Positions 1-9,934 of a DNA stretch of 64,000 nt are shown one piece after another. How positions within the stretch are numbered: position 1 is the first letter of the stretch; each line of letters opens with the position of its first letter. The notes beneath the pieces were generated by a model. That model saw only the letters and a list, made by a program, of their open reading frames with translations, was not told where the DNA came from and did not search any database. Source of the stretch: an uncultured Eubacteriales bacterium (GTDB taxonomy: Bacteria; Bacillota; Clostridia; TANB77; CAG-508); contig CAOKHL010000001.1 in NCBI GenBank assembly GCA_948468315.1, positions 34,064-98,063 of the forward strand, given 5' to 3'. The position numbers and the translations under genes are program-made.

Positions 1-641
1 TCAACATCTAATTGACCACTAACAGTAAGATGAGCAGGTTTTCCAAAGAAGTCTTTTGAAAAGTCGACTTTTCCATCATCTGTTTTAGGAACATTTGCTA
101 AGTCAAAAGCATTTACATTAAACATTTCTCCTGCGCCTTCAGCATCACTTGAAGTAATAAGAGGTGTATGAACATATACAAATCCTTTTTCTTGGAAGAA
201 TTTGTGTATAGCATAAGATAAAACACTTCTAACTCTAAATACAGCATAAAATGTATTTGAACGTGGACGTAGATGTGAAATTGTTCTTAAATATTCAAAA
301 GTATGTCTTTTTTTCTGTAAAGGGTATTCATTATCACACATGTTGAAAATTTCTACATTATTTGCTTGGATTTCAAATGGTTGTTTAGAATTTGGTGTAA
401 GAACCAAAGTTCCTGTTACTTTTATAGATGAACTTATTGTAAGTTTTGATAATTCTTTGAAGTTTTCTAAACTATCTGATATTACAATTTGAACATTTTT
501 AAAAAATGAACCATCATTTAATTCTATAAATCCAAAGTTTTTAGAAGCTCTAATTGTACGAACCCAGCCTTCTAGAGTAATTTCCTTTTGTTCATATTCT
601 TTTGTATTTTTATATAATTCTTTTATTACTAATTTTTCCAT
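1..641 (-). CDS. asnS: Asparagine--tRNA ligase, N-terminal part (runs off the window start)
   Basis: Manual translation from ATG at 641 (GGAGG RBS upstream): [45 protein letters not shown]...[24 protein letters not shown]...[17 protein letters not shown]...LTVSGQL, all AsnRS motifs. Confidence 0.95.
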   Translation of the reverse strand, partial: MEKLVIKELYKNTKEYEQKEITLEGWVRTIRASKNFGFIELNDGSFFKNVQIVISDSLENFKELSKLTISSSIKVTGTLVLTPNSKQPFEIQANNVEIFNMCDNEYPLQKKRHTFEYLRTISHLRPRSNTFYAVFRVRSVLSYAIHKFFQEKGFVYVHTPLITSSDAEGAGEMFNVNAFDLANVPKTDDGKVDFSKDFFGKPAHLTVSGQLDV

Positions 642-801
642 AAATTGCCTCCATAATATATATTATGTGACTATTATACAAAATTATAAGAGAAAATGCA
701 AGAAAATAATTTTTTATTTTAAAAAGTAAAAAATACTTGAAAAATAATTACAAATATGGTAGCATAAAATTATGAAAATAAATAATAACAAGGAGGAAAA
801 A

Positions 802-2283
802 ATGTTAAGAAACGTGAAAGAAAAAGGTAGGAAAAAACAAGAGAAAGGTATAACATTAATAGCATTAATAGTAACAATAATTGTGTTATTAATATTATCA
901 GGGATAAGCATAGCAATGCTAACTGGTGATAATGGTATTTTAAATAAGGCAGCAGAGGCAAAAGTGCAGACTGAAATTGCAACATTAATAGAAAGAGTAA
1001 GACTTGACATATTTGAAAAACAAATGATAGGTAGCGGAGAAATATCAAATTTAGATTTGCAGAAAATATTAGATACATATTTTTTAGGGGTACCATCTGA
1101 GTTACCAGAAACTGCAACAGAATTAGAAGCCATAGAATTAATTTCAAGAGATGGTGGATATAAGATAAAAATTGGAGAGATTTATAAGGGAAGTGTAAGT
1201 TCTGGTTCTGGAAGTGAAGAAGAATTACCAGAATTACCAACAGGAGAAGGAACAATACCATATTTACCAAGTAGTGATTTTACACCAGTTGAAGGAACAA
1301 ATTTACAAAATGGATTAGTAATAGAAGATAAGGCAAAGAATCAATATGTATGGATAGAAGTACCAAGAACAACAACAGTATATCCAAATGCAGGGATAGG
1401 AATAACAAGTTTTACAGAAGCTGAATATACACAGATTGAAGATGACTTACATAATTATGCAAGTGAATATAGAACAAACAAAAATAGTGGATATATATAC
1501 ACTGATCAATATTTTGCAGATACAGAAGAAGGATGGTTCTCAGGAGAAGCTCAATATAATACAGCAAAACAAAATATGTTAAAAAGTGTATACAATAATG
1601 GTGGATTTTGGATAGGTAGATACGAGGCAGGAATAGAAACAAATAGAACAGAAAAAGGAACAGCAACAGAAGCGCCATTATCACGAGAAAATCTATATCC
1701 ATATACATATGTAACAAGAACACAAGCAAAAGTATTAGCAGAAAAAGTCAATTCAGGTAGTTATACAAGTAGTTTAATGTTTGGGACTCAATGGGATTTA
1801 GTATTAAAATATATAGAAGTAAAATCTGTAGAACAAGGAGTAGAATTAGCTACAATACAATCAGAAATAAAAAATGGTGGTAGTTGGGGAAACTATTATG
1901 ATGTATCATTTACATTAGATAGAGGAAAATATTGTAAATATGATGGAACTACAACATGGGCATTAACTGGAATATGGAATGCATATACTGAAAATACAAC
2001 TGGTCTAGTTGAAAATAAAGAAAAGAAATCGACAGATATAAATTCAGATAAAGTATTATTAACAACGGGAGCGTCAGATAGAAACAGAAGGCAAAATATT
2101 TATGATTTATCAGGAAATGTAACAGAGTGGACTTTGGAGAGGTGTAGTCAAGAGACAACGCCTTGTACAAGTCAAGGTGGACGTTATTTAGATAGTGGGG
2201 AAGCAAATTCAGTAGCATATCCAGTTATGGCTAATTTGACTAGAGCAAATGATAATTATGGATTTAGAGTTTCAATTTATTAA
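802..2283 (+). CDS. Type IV pilin-like protein with C-terminal FGE-sulfatase/C-type-lectin-fold domain
   Basis: Prepilin-like N-terminus (KGITLIALIVTIIVLLIL). Motifs NQYVWIEVP, GGFWIGRYEAG, NIYDLSGNVTEWT and GFRVSIY. AGGAGG RBS before ATG 802. Confidence 0.8.
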   Translation: MLRNVKEKGRKKQEKGITLIALIVTIIVLLILSGISIAMLTGDNGILNKAAEAKVQTEIATLIERVRLDIFEKQMIGSGEISNLDLQKILDTYFLGVPSELPETATELEAIELISRDGGYKIKIGEIYKGSVSSGSGSEEELPELPTGEGTIPYLPSSDFTPVEGTNLQNGLVIEDKAKNQYVWIEVPRTTTVYPNAGIGITSFTEAEYTQIEDDLHNYASEYRTNKNSGYIYTDQYFADTEEGWFSGEAQYNTAKQNMLKSVYNNGGFWIGRYEAGIETNRTEKGTATEAPLSRENLYPYTYVTRTQAKVLAEKVNSGSYTSSLMFGTQWDLVLKYIEVKSVEQGVELATIQSEIKNGGSWGNYYDVSFTLDRGKYCKYDGTTTWALTGIWNAYTENTTGLVENKEKKSTDINSDKVLLTTGASDRNRRQNIYDLSGNVTEWTLERCSQETTPCTSQGGRYLDSGEANSVAYPVMANLTRANDNYGFRVSIY

Positions 2284-2296
2284 AAGATAAAAAAAT

Positions 2297-2337
2297 AAAA
2301 AACTTAAACAATATTTTATAATTTGTTTAAGTTTTTT
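2297..2337. terminator. Bidirectional intrinsic terminator between convergent genes
   Basis: Inverted repeat aaaaacttaaacaa...ttgtttaagttttt with A/T tails. Confidence 0.6.
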
Positions 2338-2364
2338 ACTTTTATATTTAAGATGTAAAAAACA

Positions 2365-3844
2365 TTAAAGTATAATACAAATCAATCCACCACTACCTTC
2401 ATTTACAATTCTTTCCAAAGTTTCTTGTAACTTAATTTGGGCTTCTTCAGGCATTTTAGCAAGTTTAGTCTGTAAACCTTCATTTACTAATTCGTGTAAA
2501 CTTTTTCCGAAAATATTTGAATTCCAGATTTTTTGAGGATCACTTTCAAAACCAGAAAGAAGATAATTAACCAATTCCTCAGATTGTTTTTCAGAACCAA
2601 CAATTGGAGAAACTTCAGTTTCAATGTTAGCTTTAATAATATGAAGACTAGGGGCTGTAGCTTTTAATTTAACACCAAAGCGAGAACCTTGTTTTACCAT
2701 TTCAGGCTCAGCTAAAATTAGTTCATCAATAGAAGGAGTAACTATACCATATCCTTTGCGATTTACTTCATCTAAAGCTTCAGCAATTTTATCATATTTC
2801 TTTTTAGTACAAGCCAAATTATTAATGATTGAGAATAAATCCCCTTCATTTGAAATATTAACACCTGTCATTTGAGTTAGAACTTGATAAAATAAATCAT
2901 TTTTTAAAGTTACAGAAATATTTATTCTACCAGTTCCAAGTTCAATATTATCAATTTGAGTTCTAGTAATTATATCTGTTTGATTTATCATACTACTGCA
3001 TTTAGAAGCTTCTTTTAATAAAGAAATATCATTAAAAGCATTTTTTACACTATCAAATAATTCTTGCTTCAAAGGATGAGAAAAATCTAATCCATTAATC
3101 CATTTTGGAAATGAAAAATTAACTTGACTAACAGGAAATTCGTATAGTATTTTAGAAAAGATATTAGTTATATCAGAAATATCAAGCTTAGCACAGTTAA
3201 TTGGAAGAACAGTAGACTGGTATTTCTCACAAAGAGTAGAGGCCAAATGCGCTGTATCTGGACTTTCTGGATGTTCTGAATTTAGAAGAATAATAAAAGG
3301 TTTATTTATTGCTTTTAATTCTGAAACAACACGTTCTTCTGCCTCAATGTAGTCTTCTCTTGGAATTTCAGAAAAACTTCCATCTGTTGTAATTAAAACC
3401 CCAATTGTTGAATGTTCTTCAATAACCTTTTTAGTTCCAATTTCAGCAGCTTTTTCGAATGGAATTTCAGTATCAGACCAAGGAGTTTTAACCATTCTAG
3501 GTTTATCATCTTCTAAATAACCAATACTATTTGGTACTAAATATCCAACACAATCTACTAAACGAGTTTTTAATTTTAGATTATTATCAATTGTAATTTC
3601 AATAGCCTCATTTGGAACAAATTTTGGCTCTGTTGTCATAATAGTTTTTCCACCAGCACTTTGAGGCAACTCATCTTTAGCACGTTCTTTTTTGTAATCA
3701 TTATTAATGTTTGGAATAACTAGTAAATCCATAAATTTTTTTATAAAAGTTGATTTTCCGTGTTCTTACAGGACCTACAACTCCAACATATATATCACCT
3801 TCAGTTCTTTTGGCAATATCTTGGTATAATCCGAGATTTTCCAT
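2365..3844 (-). CDS. spoIVA: Stage IV sporulation protein A; +1 frameshift at in-frame CGG (3760-3758); 492 aa if the C is skipped
   Basis: ATG 3844 with RBS gives MENLGLYQDIAKRTEGDIYVGVVGPVRT, then CGG. The +1 frame gives GKSTFIKKFMDLLVIP... and joins ORF 2365..3732, ending NEGSGGLICIIL. The Walker A motif is restored. Confidence 0.93.
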
Positions 3845-3891
3845 TTTTTCTACCTCCTATGTACAAATATTGATTGTACTTGCTTTTAGTA

Positions 3892-3921
3892 ATTTATATG
3901 AAGTAAAATAAGGTTTATGAC
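3892..3921 (-). promoter_or_regulatory. Putative sigma-E-type sporulation promoter of spoIVA
   Basis: Minus strand gTCATAaa-ccttattttactt-CATAtaaaT resembles the SigE consensus; spoIVA is SigE-controlled in Firmicutes. Confidence 0.55.
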
Positions 3922-3998
3922 AAGTTAATAAAATTTTATTCTCTTTTTTAAATTGACTTTAGCTATATTAATATGTTATACTTGCTTTATTCAATAAG

Positions 3999-4079
3999 TA
4001 AATCCCCAAAAAAGAACCGGCCCCTAACAGGGAATTAGCTAAATCCCCAAAAAAGAACCGGCCCTTAACAAGGAAATAG
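3999..4079 (+). repeat. Two tandem ~41-bp units (aaatccccaaaaaagaaccggccc(c/t)taaca(g/a)ggaa) in the 5' leader of the kinase gene
   Basis: Direct repeat with period 41. A homologous pair occurs at 8936-9017 on the minus strand. Confidence 0.85.
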
Positions 4080-4093
4080 AAAGGAAATAAGAG

Positions 4094-5734
4094 ATGAAAA
4101 TTATATATAATTCAAAAGAGGTTGATATACCAGAAAAAACACCAGTTGGAGAAGTTTTTAAGAGTGAAATTGAAAACAGTAAGTTTCCTATTATAGGAGC
4201 AAAATTTAATAATGAATATAAAAGGTTAGATTTTATACCTAATGAAGAAGGAGTTTTGTCTTGGGTAGATGTTTCTAGCAAAGGTGGTATGAAAATATAT
4301 AGAAAAACACTTATATTCATAATGGCAAAGGCATTTGAAAAGTTATATAAACAAGCTAAAATAAGAGTCAATTACCAATTAGCACATGCTATGTTTTGTA
4401 CAATAGAAAATATGGAAGTAACAGATGAAATTTTGGAAAATGTCCAAAAAGAGATGAGGGAAATTGTAGATAAAAATTTACCAATTACAAATAAAGCAAT
4501 GACGAGAAAAGAAGCTGAAGAATTATATGAAAAAGAGAATTCTTCAAAGGGAAGACTTCAATTAGATTTAGAAGAAAATGAAATTATAAATATGTATTAT
4601 TGTGAGGATTACTACAATTATATATATGAAGATATTGCTGTTAATACAGGGATTGTAAAAGTATTTGAGTTAATGAAATATGATGATGGATTTTTATTAA
4701 GATATCCAAGTTCAAGTGATCCATTTATTTTACAAGAATACCAGGAAACAAAGAAATTGCTTTGGGCATTAGACGAATATAATGATATACATAAAATTTT
4801 AGATGTAAGTACAGTTTATAAACTAAACAGTATTATTAAAAATGGAAATATAAAAAATTTAATAATGTTAGAAGAAGCATTACATGAAAAGAAAATTGCA
4901 GGAATAGCAGACAAAATAGCAGATAATAAAAACATAAAAATGATCTTAATTGCTGGTCCTTCATCATCAGGAAAAACAACATTTGCACAAAGATTAGGTT
5001 TGCAGCTTAAAATAAATGGATTAAAACCAGTTACTATTTCTGTTGATAATTACTTTGTTGAAAGAGAACAAACTCCAAGAGATGAGAATGGGGAATATGA
5101 TTTTGAAGATATTGAAGCAATAGATTTAGAATTATTTAACAAAGATTTAACAGCACTATTAAAAGGAGAAACAATTAATTGTCCAGAATTTGATTTTTCA
5201 GTAGGAACAAAAAGATATAAGGGAAAAACTATGCATTTAGCAGAAGATGAAATACTTGTTATTGAAGGAATTCACTGTCTAAATGATAAACTTACATCAC
5301 AAATTCCGAAAGAACAAAAATATAAAGTATATATAAGTGATTTAACAGTTTTAAATATGGATAGATTAAACAGGATATCTACAACTGATACAAGATTAAT
5401 TAGGAGAATAGTAAGAGATTATCAGTTTAGAAATTATAGTGCTGAACATACATTAAATTCATGGCCAAAAGTAAATAGGGGGGAACAAAAAAATATTTTT
5501 CCATATCAAGAAGAAGCAGATAGTATATTTAATACATCATTAATATATGAAATAGCAGCACTTAAGGAAATTGCACTTCCATTATTAGAAAAAATATCAC
5601 CAGATAAAAAAGAACATGCTGAAGCAGTTAGACTTATAAATATTTTAAAATATTTTGAGCCAATTCCTTCAGAATATATACCTGCAAACTCATTACTAAA
5701 AGAATTTTTGGGTGGGGGATATTTTGAATATTAG
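4094..5734 (+). CDS. Nucleoside (uridine) kinase family protein with ThrRS-like N-terminal domain
   Basis: P-loop IAGPSSSGKTT plus ISVDNYF, IEGIHCLN and RLIRRIVRD motifs; TGS/ThrRS-like N-terminus. Confidence 0.85.
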   Translation: MKIIYNSKEVDIPEKTPVGEVFKSEIENSKFPIIGAKFNNEYKRLDFIPNEEGVLSWVDVSSKGGMKIYRKTLIFIMAKAFEKLYKQAKIRVNYQLAHAMFCTIENMEVTDEILENVQKEMREIVDKNLPITNKAMTRKEAEELYEKENSSKGRLQLDLEENEIINMYYCEDYYNYIYEDIAVNTGIVKVFELMKYDDGFLLRYPSSSDPFILQEYQETKKLLWALDEYNDIHKILDVSTVYKLNSIIKNGNIKNLIMLEEALHEKKIAGIADKIADNKNIKMILIAGPSSSGKTTFAQRLGLQLKINGLKPVTISVDNYFVEREQTPRDENGEYDFEDIEAIDLELFNKDLTALLKGETINCPEFDFSVGTKRYKGKTMHLAEDEILVIEGIHCLNDKLTSQIPKEQKYKVYISDLTVLNMDRLNRISTTDTRLIRRIVRDYQFRNYSAEHTLNSWPKVNRGEQKNIFPYQEEADSIFNTSLIYEIAALKEIALPLLEKISPDKKEHAEAVRLINILKYFEPIPSEYIPANSLLKEFLGGGYFEY

Positions 5735-5762
5735 GACAGAAGGAGGACAGAAGGGACAGGTC

Positions 5763-5816
5763 TTTTTGTATTGGGGACAGGTCCTTTCGCCAAAGGACCT
5801 GTCCCCAATATAAAAA
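5763..5816. repeat. REP-like perfect palindrome (gtattggggacaggtccttt-cgcc-aaaggacctgtccccaata), copy 1
   Basis: GC-rich 20-bp stem. A near-identical copy lies at 47193-47236, and partial ggacag repeats lie just upstream at 5734-5762. Confidence 0.8.
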
Positions 5817-5834
5817 AGAATGGAGATAAGAAAA

Positions 5835-6144
5835 ATGCAAAGAAATTTTACTGTAATAGATGAAGAATTTATATGCGAAAATTGTGGAAAAAAAGTTCCA
5901 AAGCTTGGATATTCTTGTAGAAACCACTGTCCATATTGTTTACATTCAAAACATGTAGATGTAAATCCTGGAGATAGGCAGGAAAATTGTCATGGAGATT
6001 TAGAGCCTGTTCGGATTAGAGGTAAGTAATAAAAAGGGATATGTAATAATTTTTAAATGTAAGAAGTGTGGGGCTATAAGGAAAAATAAGGCAGCAGAAG
6101 ATGATAATATGGATTTGATAATTGAATTAAGTAGTAAACATTAA
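5835..6144 (+). CDS. RNHCP domain zinc-binding protein; +1 frameshift at in-frame CGG (6012-6014); 102 aa
   Basis: FICENCG...CRNHCPYCLHSKHVDVNPGDR...LEPV, then CGG. The +1 frame gives GLEVSNKKGYVIIFKCKKCGAIRKNKAAEDDN...SKH*, the expected C-terminal CxxC half. Confidence 0.85.
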
Positions 6145-6181
6145 AATTTTGCCAAAAAGTGTAAATTATGGTATAATATAA

Positions 6182-6424
6182 ATGAAACACGCTAATATGC
6201 AAATCAATAGAGAGGAGAGAGAAGACATCATGCATTTAATCCGAAAAATTTTCCAGCGTCAATATTTTGAGGCTGATGAAGAATTAGGATTCTGGGAGGA
6301 GATCATATTTGAGCACGAGTTAGATCTTAAGAAAAATTTAGTGCGAAGAGGTGGTGTCCGACTGGAGTGGCAAGGGATATTGATACTAATAAGTATTAAC
6401 TTATTAGTACGGACAATCTTCTAA
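6182..6424 (+). CDS. Hypothetical protein (orphan)
   Basis: 80-aa ORF just downstream of an extended -10 promoter (TGgTATAAT, about 6169-6177), followed by a hairpin at about 6432-6460. Confidence 0.45.
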   Translation: MKHANMQINREEREDIMHLIRKIFQRQYFEADEELGFWEEIIFEHELDLKKNLVRRGGVRLEWQGILILISINLLVRTIF

Positions 6425-6466
6425 AAGAAAGACCATGTCAATTTCAATATTGACATGGTTCCTCTT

Positions 6467-8917
6467 TTAAATATTTCTTCTTATATTACCATTAGTATAA
6501 TTTTTACCTTCAAAACGACTACTTGTTTTTACAGTATATATAATGTTATTAATTTCCTTAATATTTTCGTCTAAAATATCAATTCTAGCAAAATCTATAT
6601 TAAAATCTTTATACTCAATAGATGTGGTTTTTGAATTATATATAGTACTTATTGTTTGTATATTATCAGGAATAACTCTAAATAAAATCCCCATTCTATC
6701 TTTTAGAAAATATTTTGAATTTGAATTACATTTTTTTCTACAATTTTTATAACATTTGTTAGAATCTCCAAGCACACAATAATTCATTGTCATAACAGGG
6801 ATTTTACCATAAACAATTAGTTCTTTTGGAATAGGTGTATTTTCACAAACAGACAATATACCATTTTCATCTAATTCAGGAGAAATTGTTGTAGTCTTAA
6901 TGTTTAGAGTTTTAAGTGTATAAATAGAATTAGTATTATATACATTTAAAGTATAATTTCCAATTAAATCTAAATTTGAAGATGTAGGAATTAGTTTTAA
7001 TTGTGATAAATTTGATATTACAATTCCTTTTAAATTAAATTTGTTTATACTGTTCTCTATAATTTTTCTAGAAGTATCTACATAATTTTTTCTAATAATT
7101 GTTGGCATATAGATATAGAGATTAAAATTATTAGAAAAGTAATTTAAAATATCTAGATATTTAATATCTCCAAAATACTTTAAAGGAATATATAATTTAT
7201 CAACATTTTCTAATAAGGTATAATCATAATCTAAATTTAAAGTTGTTAATAATAATGAGGTTTTAGGTATTGGATTATTTAAAGTATCTGTATTTTGATG
7301 ATTTTTGGTTGGAAGAATGTTAATTTCTTTTTTAAAACTTCCAATAATTTTTTCTCTTATCATATTAATTCCAAAACGTCTAACATCATTTATAATTGAT
7401 ACTGGGATAAATAAATTATCATCTAATTCAATCTCGAAATTTGAAAATTCAAATTCAGTATCTAAGGTTTTACTAAATTGAGAGATTATTTTTTCTTCAG
7501 AAATGCTGGCATTTTGAGCAATTTGTGGGATATAATCATATGTATAATCTGCTTTTATGTTAAACTGTTTGCATACTATTTCCACATTAATTTTTTGATT
7601 TTTTCTTATAGTTATTTTACATTCTAATTTATTTTTTATATTTTCTTTTGAAAAGCTTTCAATAGCTAAGTCTGTAAGAGATTTATCAGAAATTTTATAT
7701 ATTTTATCACCAATATTTATATTACCTTTCATTCTTCCAAAAGTAACATTTTGCATAGGATTAGCAGTTTTTATATTTTGATTTTTGTCAAGCAATTCCG
7801 AAATGGTATATTTTGTATTTTCATTCTCAAAAGAAATTGAGTCTCCTATTGATAAAGTATTTTGGATTGTAGAAGTTACAAGACCTTTATTCTTATTATA
7901 TTTAGAGATAGTACCTAAATAAATTCCCATATTGTTTTGTTTTTCTTTAAAAACGAGATTTGGATTTCCTTTTGAGTCTAAATGACCATCAGAAAAACCA
8001 CCTCTATTGAAAACTTGCAATAGTTCTGTTTTATCATCTTGACTAATTACAAATTCCTTATTTTTATCTAAGGCTAAATCAATATATTTTCTATAAATTC
8101 TAGTAACTATTGCAACATATTCTGGGTTTTTCATACGTCCTTCAATTTTAAACGATGTAACCCCAGCTTCTATCAATTTAGGTAAATATTCTAAACTACA
8201 TAAATCACGAGTACTTAAAAGATAACCTTTGTCTAATTTTTTAAATTGACTATTATTTTGATAAGTAGATGTTCCATCAGCATTTAAAATAACTTTATTT
8301 TTAGACTGTTCCTCTAATAATTCATAAGGTAACCTACAAGTTTGGGCACATTTTCCTCTATTTCCAGAACGACCACCTATCATACTAGAAAATAGGCATT
8401 GACCTGAATATGATATACATAAAGCTCCATGAACAAAAACTTCTATTTCTATATCAGTATTTTCACAAATATATTTTATTTCATCATAAGAAAGCTCACG
8501 AGATAAGACAACTCTCTTAAAACCAAGTTCTTTTAAAGCTATAACACCTTCTAAGTTATGTACTGTCATTTGAGTACTACTATGTATATCTAAATCTGGG
8601 AATCTTTTAATTAATTCCAAGGCTAGACCTAAATCTTGTACAATTATTGCGTCAATACCATATTTATAAGCTTTTTCGGCAAGATTTATGGCATCTTTAA
8701 ATTCATTTTCTTTAATTAATGTATTTAAAGTAAGATTAGTTTTTACATTCCTTAATTTTGCATAATTAATAGCGTTTTCCAAACTTTCGTCATCAAAATT
8801 CGAAGCAAAAGCTCGTGCGCCAAAAGACTTTGCGGCAAAATATACAGCATTTGCTCCATTTTGCACAGCAGCTTTCAAGCATTCAAAATCTCCAACTGGA
8901 GAAAGTAATTCAACCAT
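6467..8917 (-). CDS. U32 peptidase family protein (RlhA/TrhP-like RNA hydroxylation) with DUF3656-type extension
   Basis: ELLSPVG, HSSTQMTVHN, VHGALCISYSGQC, NRGKCAQTCRLPY and KIEGRMK motifs. Confidence 0.9.
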   Translation of the reverse strand: MVELLSPVGDFECLKAAVQNGANAVYFAAKSFGARAFASNFDDESLENAINYAKLRNVKTNLTLNTLIKENEFKDAINLAEKAYKYGIDAIIVQDLGLALELIKRFPDLDIHSSTQMTVHNLEGVIALKELGFKRVVLSRELSYDEIKYICENTDIEIEVFVHGALCISYSGQCLFSSMIGGRSGNRGKCAQTCRLPYELLEEQSKNKVILNADGTSTYQNNSQFKKLDKGYLLSTRDLCSLEYLPKLIEAGVTSFKIEGRMKNPEYVAIVTRIYRKYIDLALDKNKEFVISQDDKTELLQVFNRGGFSDGHLDSKGNPNLVFKEKQNNMGIYLGTISKYNKNKGLVTSTIQNTLSIGDSISFENENTKYTISELLDKNQNIKTANPMQNVTFGRMKGNINIGDKIYKISDKSLTDLAIESFSKENIKNKLECKITIRKNQKINVEIVCKQFNIKADYTYDYIPQIAQNASISEEKIISQFSKTLDTEFEFSNFEIELDDNLFIPVSIINDVRRFGINMIREKIIGSFKKEINILPTKNHQNTDTLNNPIPKTSLLLTTLNLDYDYTLLENVDKLYIPLKYFGDIKYLDILNYFSNNFNLYIYMPTIIRKNYVDTSRKIIENSINKFNLKGIVISNLSQLKLIPTSSNLDLIGNYTLNVYNTNSIYTLKTLNIKTTTISPELDENGILSVCENTPIPKELIVYGKIPVMTMNYCVLGDSNKCYKNCRKKCNSNSKYFLKDRMGILFRVIPDNIQTISTIYNSKTTSIEYKDFNIDFARIDILDENIKEINNIIYTVKTSSRFEGKNYTNGNIRRNI

Positions 8918-8935
8918 AACATTCATTCCTTTTTT

Positions 8936-9017
8936 CTATTTCCCTATTAAGTGCCGGTTCTTTTTCAGGGAATTAGCCAATTCCTTGTTAGGGGCTGGTT
9001 CTTTTTTAGGGAATTAG
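8936..9017 (-). repeat. Two tandem ~41-bp units in the 5' leader of the U32 gene, homologous to 3999-4079
   Basis: Reverse complement reads aattccctaaaaaagaaccagcccctaacaaggaattggct-aattccctgaaaaaagaaccggcacttaatagggaaatag. Confidence 0.8.
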
Positions 9018-9097
9018 AAATATTATACCATAAAATAGTAACCAAAAACAAGAATATTTCATAAGATAGAATATAAAACGAAAAGGAGGATGAAATA

Positions 9098-9289
9098 ATG
9101 CCAGAAAATAATGTAAATGCACAAAATGACCGTTGTTGTTGTCAAAATAATAATAATGGTGGATTTTTAAGTGGATTATTTGGTGGAAATGGTGGTTGTT
9201 GTGGAAATGATAGCGAAATATTATTCTTCATAATTATATTTTTACTTTTATTCACAAATTTCGGATGCTGTGGTTGCTGTAGAGGATAA
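9098..9289 (+). CDS. Small Cys/Gly-rich membrane protein, probably spore-associated
   Basis: Strong AGGAGG RBS; CCC/GGCCG motifs and a hydrophobic ILFFIIIFLLLF segment; terminator hairpin at about 9296-9332. Confidence 0.65.
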   Translation: MPENNVNAQNDRCCCQNNNNGGFLSGLFGGNGGCCGNDSEILFFIIIFLLLFTNFGCCGCCRG

Positions 9290-9386
9290 CATATAAATTT
9301 TCCATTGGGAGGTAGTTCTCAATGGAAAATTTTTTGCTATAAATATGCTGCCTAATAAAAATTGTATGATATAATTAGATAAAAAT

Positions 9387-9415
9387 TGTAACGAATTTAG
9401 TTTTAGATTGTCATA
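9387..9415 (+). promoter_or_regulatory. Putative autoregulated ECF sigma promoter
   Basis: TGTAAC-N17-GTCATA directly upstream of the ECF sigma gene. Confidence 0.45.
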
Positions 9416-9433
9416 TATATAGAGGAGAAAAAT

Positions 9434-9934
9434 ATGACGAATATAGATATGGAAAAAATATATAATGAATATTTTAAAGTAGTATATAAATATTTAATTT
9501 GTTTAACATACAATCAAGAAATAGCAGAAGATTTAACGCAAGAGACATTTTGTAAAGCAATAAAGAATATAAGAAATTTTCAGGAAAATTGCAAAATATC
9601 TGTATGGTTGTGTCAAATTGCTAAAAATTTATGGCTGAACGAATTAAAGAAGAATAAGAAAATATTAGTAACTAATATAGAGTCAATTGAATTAATAGGA
9701 GAAGAAAATATTGAAGAAGATTTTTTGAATAGAGAGGATTTAAAAGGCGTATATAAAAGAATTTCTTTATTGGACGAGCCGATGAAAAATATAATTTATT
9801 TGAAACTGATAGGAAATCTAACATTTAAAGAAATAGGAGAGATTATGGGAAGAAATGAAGTATGGGCAAGAGTAAATTTTTATAGAGCTAAACAAAAATT
9901 AAAGGAGGTAGAAGAAAATGGAAAGAGACTGTAA
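9434..9934 (+). CDS. ECF RNA polymerase sigma factor
   Basis: AEDLTQETF and WLCQIAKN region-2 motifs; C-terminal HTH (FKEIGEIMGRNEVWARVNFYRAKQKL). Confidence 0.92.
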   Translation: MTNIDMEKIYNEYFKVVYKYLICLTYNQEIAEDLTQETFCKAIKNIRNFQENCKISVWLCQIAKNLWLNELKKNKKILVTNIESIELIGEENIEEDFLNREDLKGVYKRISLLDEPMKNIIYLKLIGNLTFKEIGEIMGRNEVWARVNFYRAKQKLKEVEENGKRL

